64,000 nucleotides of DNA from Candidatus Poribacteria bacterium (lineage in GTDB: Bacteria > Poribacteria > WGA-4E > PCPOR2b). Positions 47,401 through 57,200 of this stretch are shown here, in pieces; the first letter of the stretch is position 1; each line of letters begins with the position of its first letter. Under the pieces are notes generated by a model. It was not told the origin of the DNA. It searched no databases and saw only the letters and a list, made by a program, of their open reading frames with translations. A program made the translations under genes and the position numbers. Where the stretch lies: the NCBI GenBank assembly GCA_965208325.1, contig OZ242326.1, forward strand, positions 2,272,001-2,336,000, written 5' to 3'.

Positions 47401-50400
47401 AGCGCCGCATCAGGAAAAACAGTGACCTTTAGTATCACTTCAGGCGATGCCAATGCGTCTCTGAACCCCGCCAGCGCAACCACCGACACCGACGGCCAGG
47501 CTTCCACGACAATAACACTTGGCAACAATGCCGCCGGAATCTATATAATTACTGCGACCGTCGACTCCGAATCTATCAATGGAGCTGCAAAGGTTATCCC
47601 CCCGCCCGCAGAACTTTCACTGAGTCCGTCTAGCGTGGAGTCCCCGGCTGTTGGACAGCAGTTGACTTTCAGTATCAATATTAAGGGCGGAATAGATGTG
47701 GTGAGTTATACCACAACCGTGAGATTTGATCCAACGGCGCTCTCGTATGTCAGCCTTACATCGAGCAATTACCTCAGCAGTTCGCAGATTAACTCTACCT
47801 CCACCACCAATGATTCAGTACGTCACTCCGGATTTCTCCCGCTGGGTGAGCCAAGGGTTGGAGTAGATGGCGACGGCACGATTGCCACAGTGACCTTTAC
47901 GGTCCTTGAGGTCAAGGACTCCACACTAAGTCTGACAGCCGGCCTTAGTGACACATCGGTGCATACAACAGAGGAAACAACCAAAGGCGCTACCATTACC
48001 AGTCCGACAGTATCACAGACAGGATTATCAATAAATGTAGTAACCAGTCCCGGCTCTGGCAACCCCGGCGACGAGTTGACGTTCACAGTGGAGGTGCAGG
48101 AGGACGGGAGCGCCGTATCAGGAAAGACAGTCTCCTTTAGTATCACATCCGGAGACGGCAATGCATCGCTGAATCCCGCAAGTACAACGACGGACTCCAA
48201 TGGGCAGGCTTCCACCACCATAACACTTGGAAACAATGCGTCCGGAATCTATATAGTTACGGCGACCGTCGACTCCGAATCCATTAACGGTGCCGCAAAA
48301 GCGACCCCTCCGCCTCCGCAAATTTCAATGAGTCCGTCAACCGTGGAGTCCCCCGCCGTTGGACAGCAGTTGACTTTCAGTATCAATATTAAGGGCGGGA
48401 TAGATGTAAAAAGATTCTCTACAACTGTGAGATTTGATCCAACTGCGCTCTCGTATGTCAGCCTTACATCGGGAAACTACATCGGCACCTCGCAGTCTAA
48501 AATTACCTCTACCACCAATAATTCAGTACGTCACTCCGAATTTTTCTTACTGGATGAGGGTGAGGCTGGTGTAGATGGGGACGGCACGCTTGCCACAGTG
48601 ACCTTTACGGTCCTTGAGGTCAAGGATTCCACGCTAAGCCTGTCAGCCAGGCTTAGAAACTCATCGTCACATGAAATTGATACAACGGTGGAAGGCGCTG
48701 CGATTACCAGTCCGACAGAAACAGGATTATTGATAAGTGTTGTAACCAGCCCGGGGTCAGGTAACCCCGGCGACGAATTGACCTTCACCGTTGAGGTGCA
48801 GGAGGACGGAAGTGCCGCGTCAGGAAAAACGGTGTCGTTTAGCATCACTTCAGGCGATGGAAATGCGTCCCTGAATCCTGCAAGCGCAACAACCGATACC
48901 GCCGGGCAGGCTTCCACTACGATAACACTCGGCGACAATGCTTCAGGCTCATATGCAGTTACGGCTACCGTTGACTCAAAATCTACCACCGGTACCGCAA
49001 CGGTTAACCCCCCGCCTCAAGGAATTACCATCAGTGTAGTAACTGCCCCTGGATCCGGCGACCCCGGTGACGAATTGACCTTCACTGTTGAGGTGCAGGA
49101 GGACGGAAGTGCCGCCTCTGGAAAAACAGTGTCATTCAGTATTACTTCCGGCGATGGAAATGCGTCGCTGAGCCCCGCTAGCGCAACAACCGACACCAAC
49201 GGTCAGGCTTCCACTACGATAACGCTTGGGGCAAACGCGACCGGCTCATATACAGTTACGGCTACCGCCGACGCAACATCTACCAGTGGTATTGCAACGG
49301 TTAACACCACGTCGCCGCAAATAATCCTCAGTGTAGTAACTGCCCCTGGTTCCGGCAACCCGGGTGACGCGTTGACGTTCACTGTTGAGGTGCAGGAGGA
49401 CGGAAACGCCGCATCAGGAAAAACAGTGGCGTTCAGTATTACTTCAGGCGATGGAAATGCGTCTCTGAGCCCTGCAAGCGCAACAACCGACACCAACGGA
49501 CAAGCTTCCACCACTATAACACTTGGAAATAATGCGTCCGGAATCTATATAGTTACTGCGACCGTCGACTCCGAATCTGTCAACGGCGCCGCAACAGCTA
49601 CCCCCCCGCCAGTAGAACTTTCACTGAGTCCGTCAACCGTAGAGTCCCCCGCCGTTGGACAGCAGTTGACTTTCAGTATCAATATTAAGGGCGGGATAGA
49701 TGTGCTGAGTTATAGGACAATCGTGAGATTTGACTCAACTGCGCTCTCGTATGTCAGCCTTACATCGGGAAATTACCTCGGCAGTTCGCAGATTAACACT
49801 ACCTCCACCACCAATGATTCAGTAACCCACTCTGGATCGCTCACACTGGCTGAGCCAAGGGTTGGAGTAGATGGCGACGGCACGATTGCCACAGTGACCT
49901 TTACAGTCCTTGAAGTCAAGGACTCCACGATACGCCTGTCAGCCAGCCTTAGTAATTCATCAAGTCGTTTAATAGATAAAACAACCACTGGCGCTGCCAT
50001 TACCAGTCCGATGGTATCCCAGACAGGATTATCGATAAGTGTAGTCAGCAGTCCCGGCTCTGGCAACCCCGGCGACGAGTTGACGTTTACCGTTGAGGTG
50101 CAGGAGGACGGAAACGCCGCCTCGGGAAAATCAGTCTCTTTCAATATCACCTCCGGCGATGGAAATGCGTCTCTGAGCCCTGCAAGCGCAACAACCGACA
50201 CCAACGGACAAGCTTCCACCACTATAACACTTGGAAATAATGCGTCCGGAATCTATATAGTTACTGCGACCGTCGACTCCGAATCTGTCAACGGCGCCGC
50301 AACAGCTACCCCCCCGCCAGTAGAACTTTCACTGAGTCCGTCAACCGTAGAGTCCCCCGCCGTTGGACAGCAGTTGACTTTCAGTATCAATATTAAGGGC

Positions 50401-53400
50401 GGGATAGATGTGCTGAGTTATACCACAATCGTGAGATTTGACTCAACTGCGCTCTCGTATGTCAGCCTTACATCGGGAAATTACCTCGGCAGTTCGCAGA
50501 TTAACACTACCTCCACCACCAATGATTCAGTAACCCACTCTGGATCGCTCACACTGGCTGAGCCAAGGGTTGGAGTAGATGGCGACGGCACGATTGCCAC
50601 AGTGACCTTTACAGTCCTTGAAGTCAAGGACTCCACGATACGCCTGTCAGCCAGCCTTAGTAATTCATCAAGTCGTTTAATAGATAAAACAACCACTGGC
50701 GCTGCCATTACCAGTCCGATGGTATCCCAGACAGGATTATCGATAAGTGTAGTCAGCAGTCCCGGCTCTGGCAACCCCGGCGACGAGTTGACGTTTACCG
50801 TTGAGGTGCAGGAGGACGGAAACGCCGCCTCGGGAAAATCAGTCTCTTTCAATATCACCTCCGGCGATGGAAATGCGTCTCTGAGCCCTGCAAGCGCAAC
50901 AACCGACACCAACGGACAAGCTTCCACCACTATAACACTTGGAAATAATGCGTCCGGAATCTATATAGTTACTGCGACCGTCGACTCCGAATCTGTCAAC
51001 GGCGCCGCAACAGCTACCCCCCCGCCAGTAGAACTTTCACTGAGTCCGTCAACCGTAGAGTCCCCCGCCGTTGGACAGCAGTTGACTTTCAGTATCAATA
51101 TTAAGGGCGGGATAGATGTGCTGAGTTATAGGACAATCGTGAGATTTGACTCAACTGCGCTCTCGTATGTCAGCCTTACATCGGGAAATTACCTCGGCAG
51201 TTCGCAGATTAACACTACCTCCACCACCAATGATTCAGTAACCCACTCTGGATCGCTCACACTGGCTGAGCCAAGGGTTGGAGTAGATGGCGACGGCACG
51301 ATTGCCACAGTGACCTTTACAGTCCTTGAAGTCAAGGACTCCACGATACGCCTGTCAGCCAGCCTTAGTAATTCATCAAGTCGTTTAATAGATAAAACAA
51401 CCACTGGCGCTGCCATTACCAGTCCGATGGTATCCCAGACAGGATTATCAATAAGTGTAGTAACCAGCCCGGGGTCAGGTAACCCCGGCGACGAGTTGAC
51501 GTTCACAGTTCGGGTGCAGGAGGACGGAAGCGCCGCTTCAGGAAAATCAGTGTCATTCAGTATCACTTCCGGCGATGGAAATGCGTCCCTGAATCCAAGC
51601 AGTGCAACAACTGGCACCAATGGACAGGCTTCCACTACATTAACGCTCGGAAACAATGCCGCCGGTTCCTACACAGTTACTGCGGAGGTCGGCACGGAGT
51701 CTGTCAGTGCAGCCGCAACGGTTCAATCGGCAATGACCGATCAGAAGAAGGACAATCAACAACAACCGCAGGCAGGATTAACGATTAGTGTAGTAAGCAG
51801 TCCCGGGGCTGGCAATCCCGGTGACACATTGACGTTTGCTGTCGAGGTGCAGGCGGACGGGAGCGCCGCTTCAGGAAAAACAGTGTCGTTTAGTATCACC
51901 TCCGGCGATAGTAATGCGTCTTTGAATCCCGAAAGCGCTGCGACAGATAGCAAAGGGCGGGCTTCAACAACAATAACACTCGGAGAAAATGCTGCTGGCT
52001 CATACAGAGTTACTGCGGCGGTCGGTACGGAGACTGTCAGCTCGACAGTAACCGTTGAAACGTCAACAACTACCTCGCCGACGCCCAAAACTCTGGCGGA
52101 GGTTTCCGGCAATAATCAGAGCGCCTTGACCGGTAAAGCGTTGGCTAATCCCTTCGTCGTTAAAATTCTAGATCAGCATGACAACCTGATGGAAGGAGTC
52201 ACTGTAACTTTTTCTGTCACCGCAGGCGGCGGTTCGTTGAGCCGTACAAGCTTAGACACGGATGCCGACGGATTAGCAAAAAGCACCCTGGCGCTTGGCA
52301 GCGAGCCGGGTACAAACACGGTTACGGCAAGTGTCGAAGGAATCGCCGAAACCGTAACCTTTTCCGCTGTCGCTGAACTACTCGAATTTGACCTCTCAGT
52401 GCCTTCCGGTACTAGCTTGATTCACGTGCCGCTAAAAACCAGGACGGTTGACGGGACAACTGCCGCCATCAATTCAATTGCTGATCTGTACGAAGCGCTT
52501 GGCGGCGCAGATACGGTTAAGCTCCTTATTACATATAACCGAAATACGCAACAGTGGAATAGCTACCTCGGTGCGGGAAGTAAAGGAGGTACGGCGGATA
52601 GAGCCTTGGCGGCGGACCTAGGAATCGTCGCCAGCTTGAAATCATCCGTAACGGTTCGTATCGGAGGCGACCAACTCGGTTCGGGCGGAACGAGCACGAT
52701 AGGCTTAATCCAAGGCAAGAATCTAATCGGATTGCCGTTGAGAGATTCAATGATATCTCGTGTTAGCGACTTGCTTACGCTTGACGGCATTGCCGACAAC
52801 GCGGATGCCATTACTGTTTCGGTTGGCGGAAAGTTCAATACGGTCGAGCAAACCGGCGATGCAGGAGACATCTCAATTACGGGCGGACAAGCCTTTATCC
52901 TCGACGTTTCAAATGATGCGTCGGTTTCTATCTCCGGTGCAGGGTGGGATAACACTCCCGCCAACACTATGGCTGCACCGTTTTTGGCGGCGGAGGACAT
53001 TAACGTAACTGAAACCACGCCTGTGTTAGCGATGACCGGTGCGATTGTTCACCGTGTCGAAAATATTAACGGCAAAACTCTAACTGTTGTCGTCAAAAAC
53101 CTCTCAACAGGCCGCACAGTTACCGCGCTAATTGGAGATACCGGTGGCGTTTCATCGCGGGCTGATTACCAGCTCACTGTCGTTGATATAAAGCACGGAC
53201 GAGCAGCGGCTATAGGTGATATCCTTAAAATGTCCGCCGTTTCTGCCGATAACTCTATCAGCGCGCCGCCGCTGCGATACACTGTTACGGCTGAAGATAT
53301 CAAGTTGAACCGGATTCAGTTGCCCGAACTAATAGTCCAAGCCATACCTAAGGAAACGCAACTGTTGCCGAACTACCCGAACCCGTTCAACCCGGAGACC

Positions 53401-53643
53401 TGGATTCCCTACCGGTTATCGAAAGCTGCCGAAGTGACGTTGGAGATTTACGACGCCGCGGGCAACTTGGTGCGGACCATTGATGTCGGCTTCAAACCAG
53501 CCGCTGCGTACGATTCGCGTGCCTCGGCGATATACTGGGATGGCCGCAACAACTATGGTGAACCCATCGCCAGCGGCGTATATTTCTATCACTTGTTTAC
53601 GGACGCCTTTTCTGCCGCGCGCAAGATGCTCATTTTAAAGTAG
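44461..53643 (+). CDS. Giant secreted scaffoldin/invasin-like protein: 9 cohesin-like + ~14 Big_1-like Ig modules + C-terminal FlgD-Ig/T9SS-CTD-like domain
   Basis: Signal peptide. Cohesin-like units SPAVGQQL.F.I.I.GG.DV...FD..AL.Y...G.YL...GDGT.ATVTF.V. Ig units GKTVSFSITSGDG...ATTD.NGQASTT.TLG...G.Y.VTATV. Tail LLPNYPNPFNPETWIPY...WDGRN...SGVYFY...RKMLILK. Confidence 0.85.
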   Translation: MDLLAKRQIVILAAFMFLLVQSLTYGETTVSMSPSTVESPAVGQQLSFSINITGGIDVSYFRVTLTFDPTALSYVSISSGGYLGNTVSDDTQTTYDSIRYRESISTGVDGDGTFATVTFTVLEAKDSTIGLSAGLINSTNNLIDKTVEGATITSPQTTGISISIVSSPGSGNPGDDLTYTVEVQEDGTAASGKTVSFSITSGDGNASLNPASATTDTDGQASTTITLGQNASGFYTVTATVDSKSISGAAKVIPLPAEISMSPSSVESPAVGQQLSFSINIKGGIDVSYFRVTLTFDPTALSYVSISSGGYLGNTVSDDTQTTNDSVKYRESISTGVDGDGTFATVTFTVLEAKDSTIGLSAGLINSTNNLIDKTVEGATITSPQTTGISISIVSSPGSGNPGDDLTYTVEVQEDGTAASGKTVSFSITSGDGNASLNPASATTDTDGQASTTITLGQNASGFYTVTATVDSKSISGAAKVIPLPAEISMSPSSVESPAVGQQLSFSINIKGGIDVSYFRVTLTFDPTALSYVSISSGGYLGNTVSDDTQTTNDSIRYRESISTGVNGDGTFATVTFTVLEAKDSTIGLSAGLINSTNNFIDKTVEGAAITSPQTTGLSISIVSSPGSGNPGDDLTYTVEVKEDGSAASGKTVSFSITSGDGNASLNPASATTDTDGQASTTITLGQNASGSYTVTATVGSKSITGTATVNPPPTGVTISVVTAPGSGDPGDELTFTVEVQEDGSAASGKTVSFSITSGDGNASLNPTSSTTDTNGQASTTITLGNNASGIYMVTATVDSESVNGAATVTHPPAQISMSPSTVESPAVGQQLTFSINIKGGIDVMSYSTTVRFDSTALSYVSLTSGNYLSSSQINATSVTNDVLRHSGSLSLGEPRVGVDGDGTIATVTFTVLEVKDSTLSLSARLRDSSSQLIDETTTGATITSPTVSQTGLSISVVTSPGSGNPGDELTFSVEVQEDGSAASGKTVTFSITSGDANASLNPASATTDTDGQASTTITLGNNAAGIYIITATVDSESINGAAKVIPPPAELSLSPSSVESPAVGQQLTFSINIKGGIDVVSYTTTVRFDPTALSYVSLTSSNYLSSSQINSTSTTNDSVRHSGFLPLGEPRVGVDGDGTIATVTFTVLEVKDSTLSLTAGLSDTSVHTTEETTKGATITSPTVSQTGLSINVVTSPGSGNPGDELTFTVEVQEDGSAVSGKTVSFSITSGDGNASLNPASTTTDSNGQASTTITLGNNASGIYIVTATVDSESINGAAKATPPPPQISMSPSTVESPAVGQQLTFSINIKGGIDVKRFSTTVRFDPTALSYVSLTSGNYIGTSQSKITSTTNNSVRHSEFFLLDEGEAGVDGDGTLATVTFTVLEVKDSTLSLSARLRNSSSHEIDTTVEGAAITSPTETGLLISVVTSPGSGNPGDELTFTVEVQEDGSAASGKTVSFSITSGDGNASLNPASATTDTAGQASTTITLGDNASGSYAVTATVDSKSTTGTATVNPPPQGITISVVTAPGSGDPGDELTFTVEVQEDGSAASGKTVSFSITSGDGNASLSPASATTDTNGQASTTITLGANATGSYTVTATADATSTSGIATVNTTSPQIILSVVTAPGSGNPGDALTFTVEVQEDGNAASGKTVAFSITSGDGNASLSPASATTDTNGQASTTITLGNNASGIYIVTATVDSESVNGAATATPPPVELSLSPSTVESPAVGQQLTFSINIKGGIDVLSYRTIVRFDSTALSYVSLTSGNYLGSSQINTTSTTNDSVTHSGSLTLAEPRVGVDGDGTIATVTFTVLEVKDSTIRLSASLSNSSSRLIDKTTTGAAITSPMVSQTGLSISVVSSPGSGNPGDELTFTVEVQEDGNAASGKSVSFNITSGDGNASLSPASATTDTNGQASTTITLGNNASGIYIVTATVDSESVNGAATATPPPVELSLSPSTVESPAVGQQLTFSINIKGGIDVLSYTTIVRFDSTALSYVSLTSGNYLGSSQINTTSTTNDSVTHSGSLTLAEPRVGVDGDGTIATVTFTVLEVKDSTIRLSASLSNSSSRLIDKTTTGAAITSPMVSQTGLSISVVSSPGSGNPGDELTFTVEVQEDGNAASGKSVSFNITSGDGNASLSPASATTDTNGQASTTITLGNNASGIYIVTATVDSESVNGAATATPPPVELSLSPSTVESPAVGQQLTFSINIKGGIDVLSYRTIVRFDSTALSYVSLTSGNYLGSSQINTTSTTNDSVTHSGSLTLAEPRVGVDGDGTIATVTFTVLEVKDSTIRLSASLSNSSSRLIDKTTTGAAITSPMVSQTGLSISVVTSPGSGNPGDELTFTVRVQEDGSAASGKSVSFSITSGDGNASLNPSSATTGTNGQASTTLTLGNNAAGSYTVTAEVGTESVSAAATVQSAMTDQKKDNQQQPQAGLTISVVSSPGAGNPGDTLTFAVEVQADGSAASGKTVSFSITSGDSNASLNPESAATDSKGRASTTITLGENAAGSYRVTAAVGTETVSSTVTVETSTTTSPTPKTLAEVSGNNQSALTGKALANPFVVKILDQHDNLMEGVTVTFSVTAGGGSLSRTSLDTDADGLAKSTLALGSEPGTNTVTASVEGIAETVTFSAVAELLEFDLSVPSGTSLIHVPLKTRTVDGTTAAINSIADLYEALGGADTVKLLITYNRNTQQWNSYLGAGSKGGTADRALAADLGIVASLKSSVTVRIGGDQLGSGGTSTIGLIQGKNLIGLPLRDSMISRVSDLLTLDGIADNADAITVSVGGKFNTVEQTGDAGDISITGGQAFILDVSNDASVSISGAGWDNTPANTMAAPFLAAEDINVTETTPVLAMTGAIVHRVENINGKTLTVVVKNLSTGRTVTALIGDTGGVSSRADYQLTVVDIKHGRAAAIGDILKMSAVSADNSISAPPLRYTVTAEDIKLNRIQLPELIVQAIPKETQLLPNYPNPFNPETWIPYRLSKAAEVTLEIYDAAGNLVRTIDVGFKPAAAYDSRASAIYWDGRNNYGEPIASGVYFYHLFTDAFSAARKMLILK
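44551..46530 (+). repeat. ~3 near-identical 687-bp tandem units (cohesin-like + Ig)
   Basis: Matching DNA at 44551/45238/45925; antisense ORFs recur at 687-bp offsets. Confidence 0.9.
49448..51450 (+). repeat. ~3 near-identical 708-bp tandem units (cohesin-like + Ig)
   Basis: Matching DNA at 49448/50156/50864; antisense ORFs at 49773/50481/51189. Confidence 0.9.
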
Positions 53644-54200
53644 TATCAGATGACCATATGACGGCTGCAATGCTGATGAATAGCGAGTTTCCGTCATCAC
53701 TCGTGAGTCGGTTGGATAGTAATTGTAGGTTGGGTTAAGTGGGAAACACCGAATAGCTAGCCTTCCTGTCAATGCCTAAAGCCTTTGCAGGTAGCGCGAA
53801 CAGATCAATCAAACGAATAGGGAGGGCGATAGTTTTCTAGGCGCTTCGATAGCATGTGCAGTTCTTCATCATATAAATCTTAGTCCCTATTCTTCACCGA
53901 AACCAAAATCAAGAACTTTCGCGCCTTTTGTTCGGACACCTAAAAAATGTTGGGTATTGCGTCATGAATATAGATGGATATTTCACGCAGTTGGGCAAAA
54001 GATTCCGCGGCACATATCGGTACAAAATACAACAAAACAACCTCAATCTTTAGCTTTATGCATTAACCGTCAAATGTGCAGGAAAGTCAAGACATTGTAT
54101 GCGATTTTAAGCGCTCGATTAATAATGCTTCAGCTCGATATTCAACAGTAGATTTGGCTTGGAATAAAGAGATAGTCGAGAGCGCAATCAAAAGATTCAT

Positions 54201-57200
54201 GTGCATGAAAGGAAATATCTATTGAAACGTCAGATTGGCATTTTAGCTGCACTTATCTTACTTGTAAATTACAGTGTGATTTATGGCGCAACAACGGTTT
54301 CAATGAGTCCGTCTACCGTAGCGTCCCCCGCCGTTGGCCAGCAGTTGAGTTTTAGTATCAACATTACGGGCGGATTGGATGTGGGGAATTTTAGACTAGT
54401 CGTGACATTTGATTCAAATGCGCTCTCATATACCAGCACCACCTCTGGAAGTTACCTCGGCAGTTCGGCGGCTAGCTCAACCAGAGCCACCAGTAATTCA
54501 GTAACACATAGTGAAGGACTAATCAGCACGGGGGTAGATGGCGACGGTACGCTTGCCACAGTTACCTTTTCCGTCCTTGAGGTCAAGGGCTCCACTATCG
54601 GTCTGTCAGCCACCCTTTATAACCCACAATGGGAATCAATAAGTACAACAGCAGAAGGCGCAACGATTACAAGTGCGGGATTATCCATAAGTAACGTAAG
54701 TGAGCCCGGGGCTGGCGACCCCGGTGACGAGTTGACGTATACGGTTGAGGTTCAAGAGGACGGAAGCGCAGCGTCAGGAAAAACAGTGTCGTTTAGTATC
54801 ACCGCCGGAGACGGAAATGCATCTCTGAGTCCCGCAAGCGCAACAACTGACACCGATGGGCAGGCTTCCACCACAATAACACTTGGTGCCAGTGCGTCCG
54901 GCTCATATACAGTTACAGCAACCGTCGACTCCAAATCCACCACCGGTACGGCAACAGTCAATCCACCGCCTCCGAAAATTTCAATGAGCCCGTCTACCGT
55001 GGCGTCTCCAGCCGTTGGCCAGCAGTTGAACTTTAGTATTAGCATTAACGGCGGAATGGATGTGGCGGGTTATTTAGTAAAAGTGACATTTGATTCAAAT
55101 GCGCTCTCGTATGCAAGCATTTCATCTGGAGGTTACCTCGGTAGTTCGGCGACTAGCTCAACCACAACCACGAGTGATTCAGTAACATTCATCGAAGCAA
55201 TTGGCGCCACGACCGGGGTAAATGGGAACGGTACGCTTGCCACCGTAACCTTTACAGTCCTTGAGGTCAAGGCCTCCACTATCGGGCTGTCAGCTACTCT
55301 CAGCAACCCGCGTATCGAAACAATAACTTCAACAGCCGAAGGCGCTGTGGTTACCAATCCAGGATTATCAATAAGTAACGTAACCGGTCCTGGGTCTGGA
55401 GATCCCGGCGATGAGTTGACGTATACGGTTGAGGTTCAGCAGGACGGGAGCGCCGCTTCAGGAAAAACGGTGTCGTTCAGCATCACTTCCGGCGACGGAA
55501 ATGCGTCTCTGAGCCCCGAAAGCGCAACAACCGATACCGACGGTCAGGCTTCCACTACGATAACACTTGGAGAAAATGCGTCAGGCTCATATACAGTTAC
55601 GGCAACCGTTGACTCAAAATCTACCACCGGTACGGCAACGGTTAACCCCCCGCCTCCGGAAATTACCATCAGTGTAGTTACTGCCCCTGGCTCCGGCGAC
55701 CCCGGCGACGAGCTGACCTTCACCGTTGAGGTGCAGGAGGACGGGAGCGCCGCTTCAGGAAAAACAGTGTCGTTTAGCATTACTTCCGGTGATGGAAATG
55801 CCACTCTGAACCCCGAAAGCGCAACAACCGACACCGATGGACAAGCTTCCACTACGATAACACTTGGGAACAATGCGTCAGGCTCATATACAGTTACGGC
55901 AACCGTCGACTCAAAATCTACAACCGGTACGGCGACCGTTAACTCCACATCCCCGGGAATTTCGATTAGCGTTGTAACTGCCCCTGGATCCGGTAACCCC
56001 GGCGACGAATTGACGTTCACTGTTGAGGTGCAGGAGGACGGAAGTGCCGCGTCGGGAAAAACAGTGTCGTTTAGCATCACTTCCGGCGACAGCAATGCGT
56101 CTCTGAACCCCGAAAGCGCAACGACCGATACCAACGGTCAGGCTTCCACCACGATAACGCTTGGGGCAAACGCATCCGGCTCATATACAGTTACGGCAAC
56201 CGTTGACTCCAAATCCACCACCGGTACCGCAACCGTTAACCCCCCGCCTCCGGAAATTACCATCAGTGTAGTAACTGCCCCTGGATCCGGCGACCCCGGC
56301 GACGAGCTGACCTTCACCGTTGAGGTGCAGGAGGACGGAAGCGCCGCATCAGGCAAAACTGTCTCGTTTAGTATCACATCGGGAGACGGCAATGCCTCTC
56401 TGAGCCCTGAAAGCGCAACAACCGATACCAACGGTCAGGCTTCCACCACGATAACGCTTGGAGAAAATGCGTCAGGCTCATATACAGTTACGGCAACCGC
56501 CGACTCCAAATCCACCACCGGTACCGCAACCGTTAACCCCCCGCCTCCGGAAATTACCATCAGTGTAGTTACTGCCCCTGGCTCCGGCGACCCCGGCGAC
56601 GAGCTGACCTTCACCGTTGAGGTGCAGGAGGACGGAAGCGCCGCGTCAGGAAAAACGGTGTCGTTCAGCATCACTTCCGGCGATGGAAATGCGTCTCTGA
56701 GCCCTGAAAGTGCAACAACCGATACCAACGGTCAGGCTTCCACTACGATAACGCTTGGAGAAAATGCGTCAGGCTCATATACAGTTACGGCAGCCGCCGA
56801 CTCCAAATCCACCAGCGGTACCGCAACCGTTAACCCCCCGCCGCCGGAAATTACCATCAGTGTAGTAACTGCCCCTGGATCCGGCGACCCCGGTGACGAA
56901 TTGACGTTCACTGTTGAGGTGCAGGAGGATGGAAGCGCCGCGTCAGGAAAAACGGTGTCGTTCAGCATCACTTCCGGCGATGGAAATGCGTCTCTGAGCC
57001 CTGAAAGCGCAACAACCGATACCAACGGTCAGGCTTCCACCACGATAACGCTTGGGGCAAACGCATCCGGCTCATATACAGTTACGGCATCCGTCGACTC
57101 CAAATCCACCAGCGGTACCGCAACCGTTAACTCCACATCTCCGGCAACTACGATCACGGTAATAACTGCTCCTGGATCCGGCGACCCCGGCGACGAGTTG

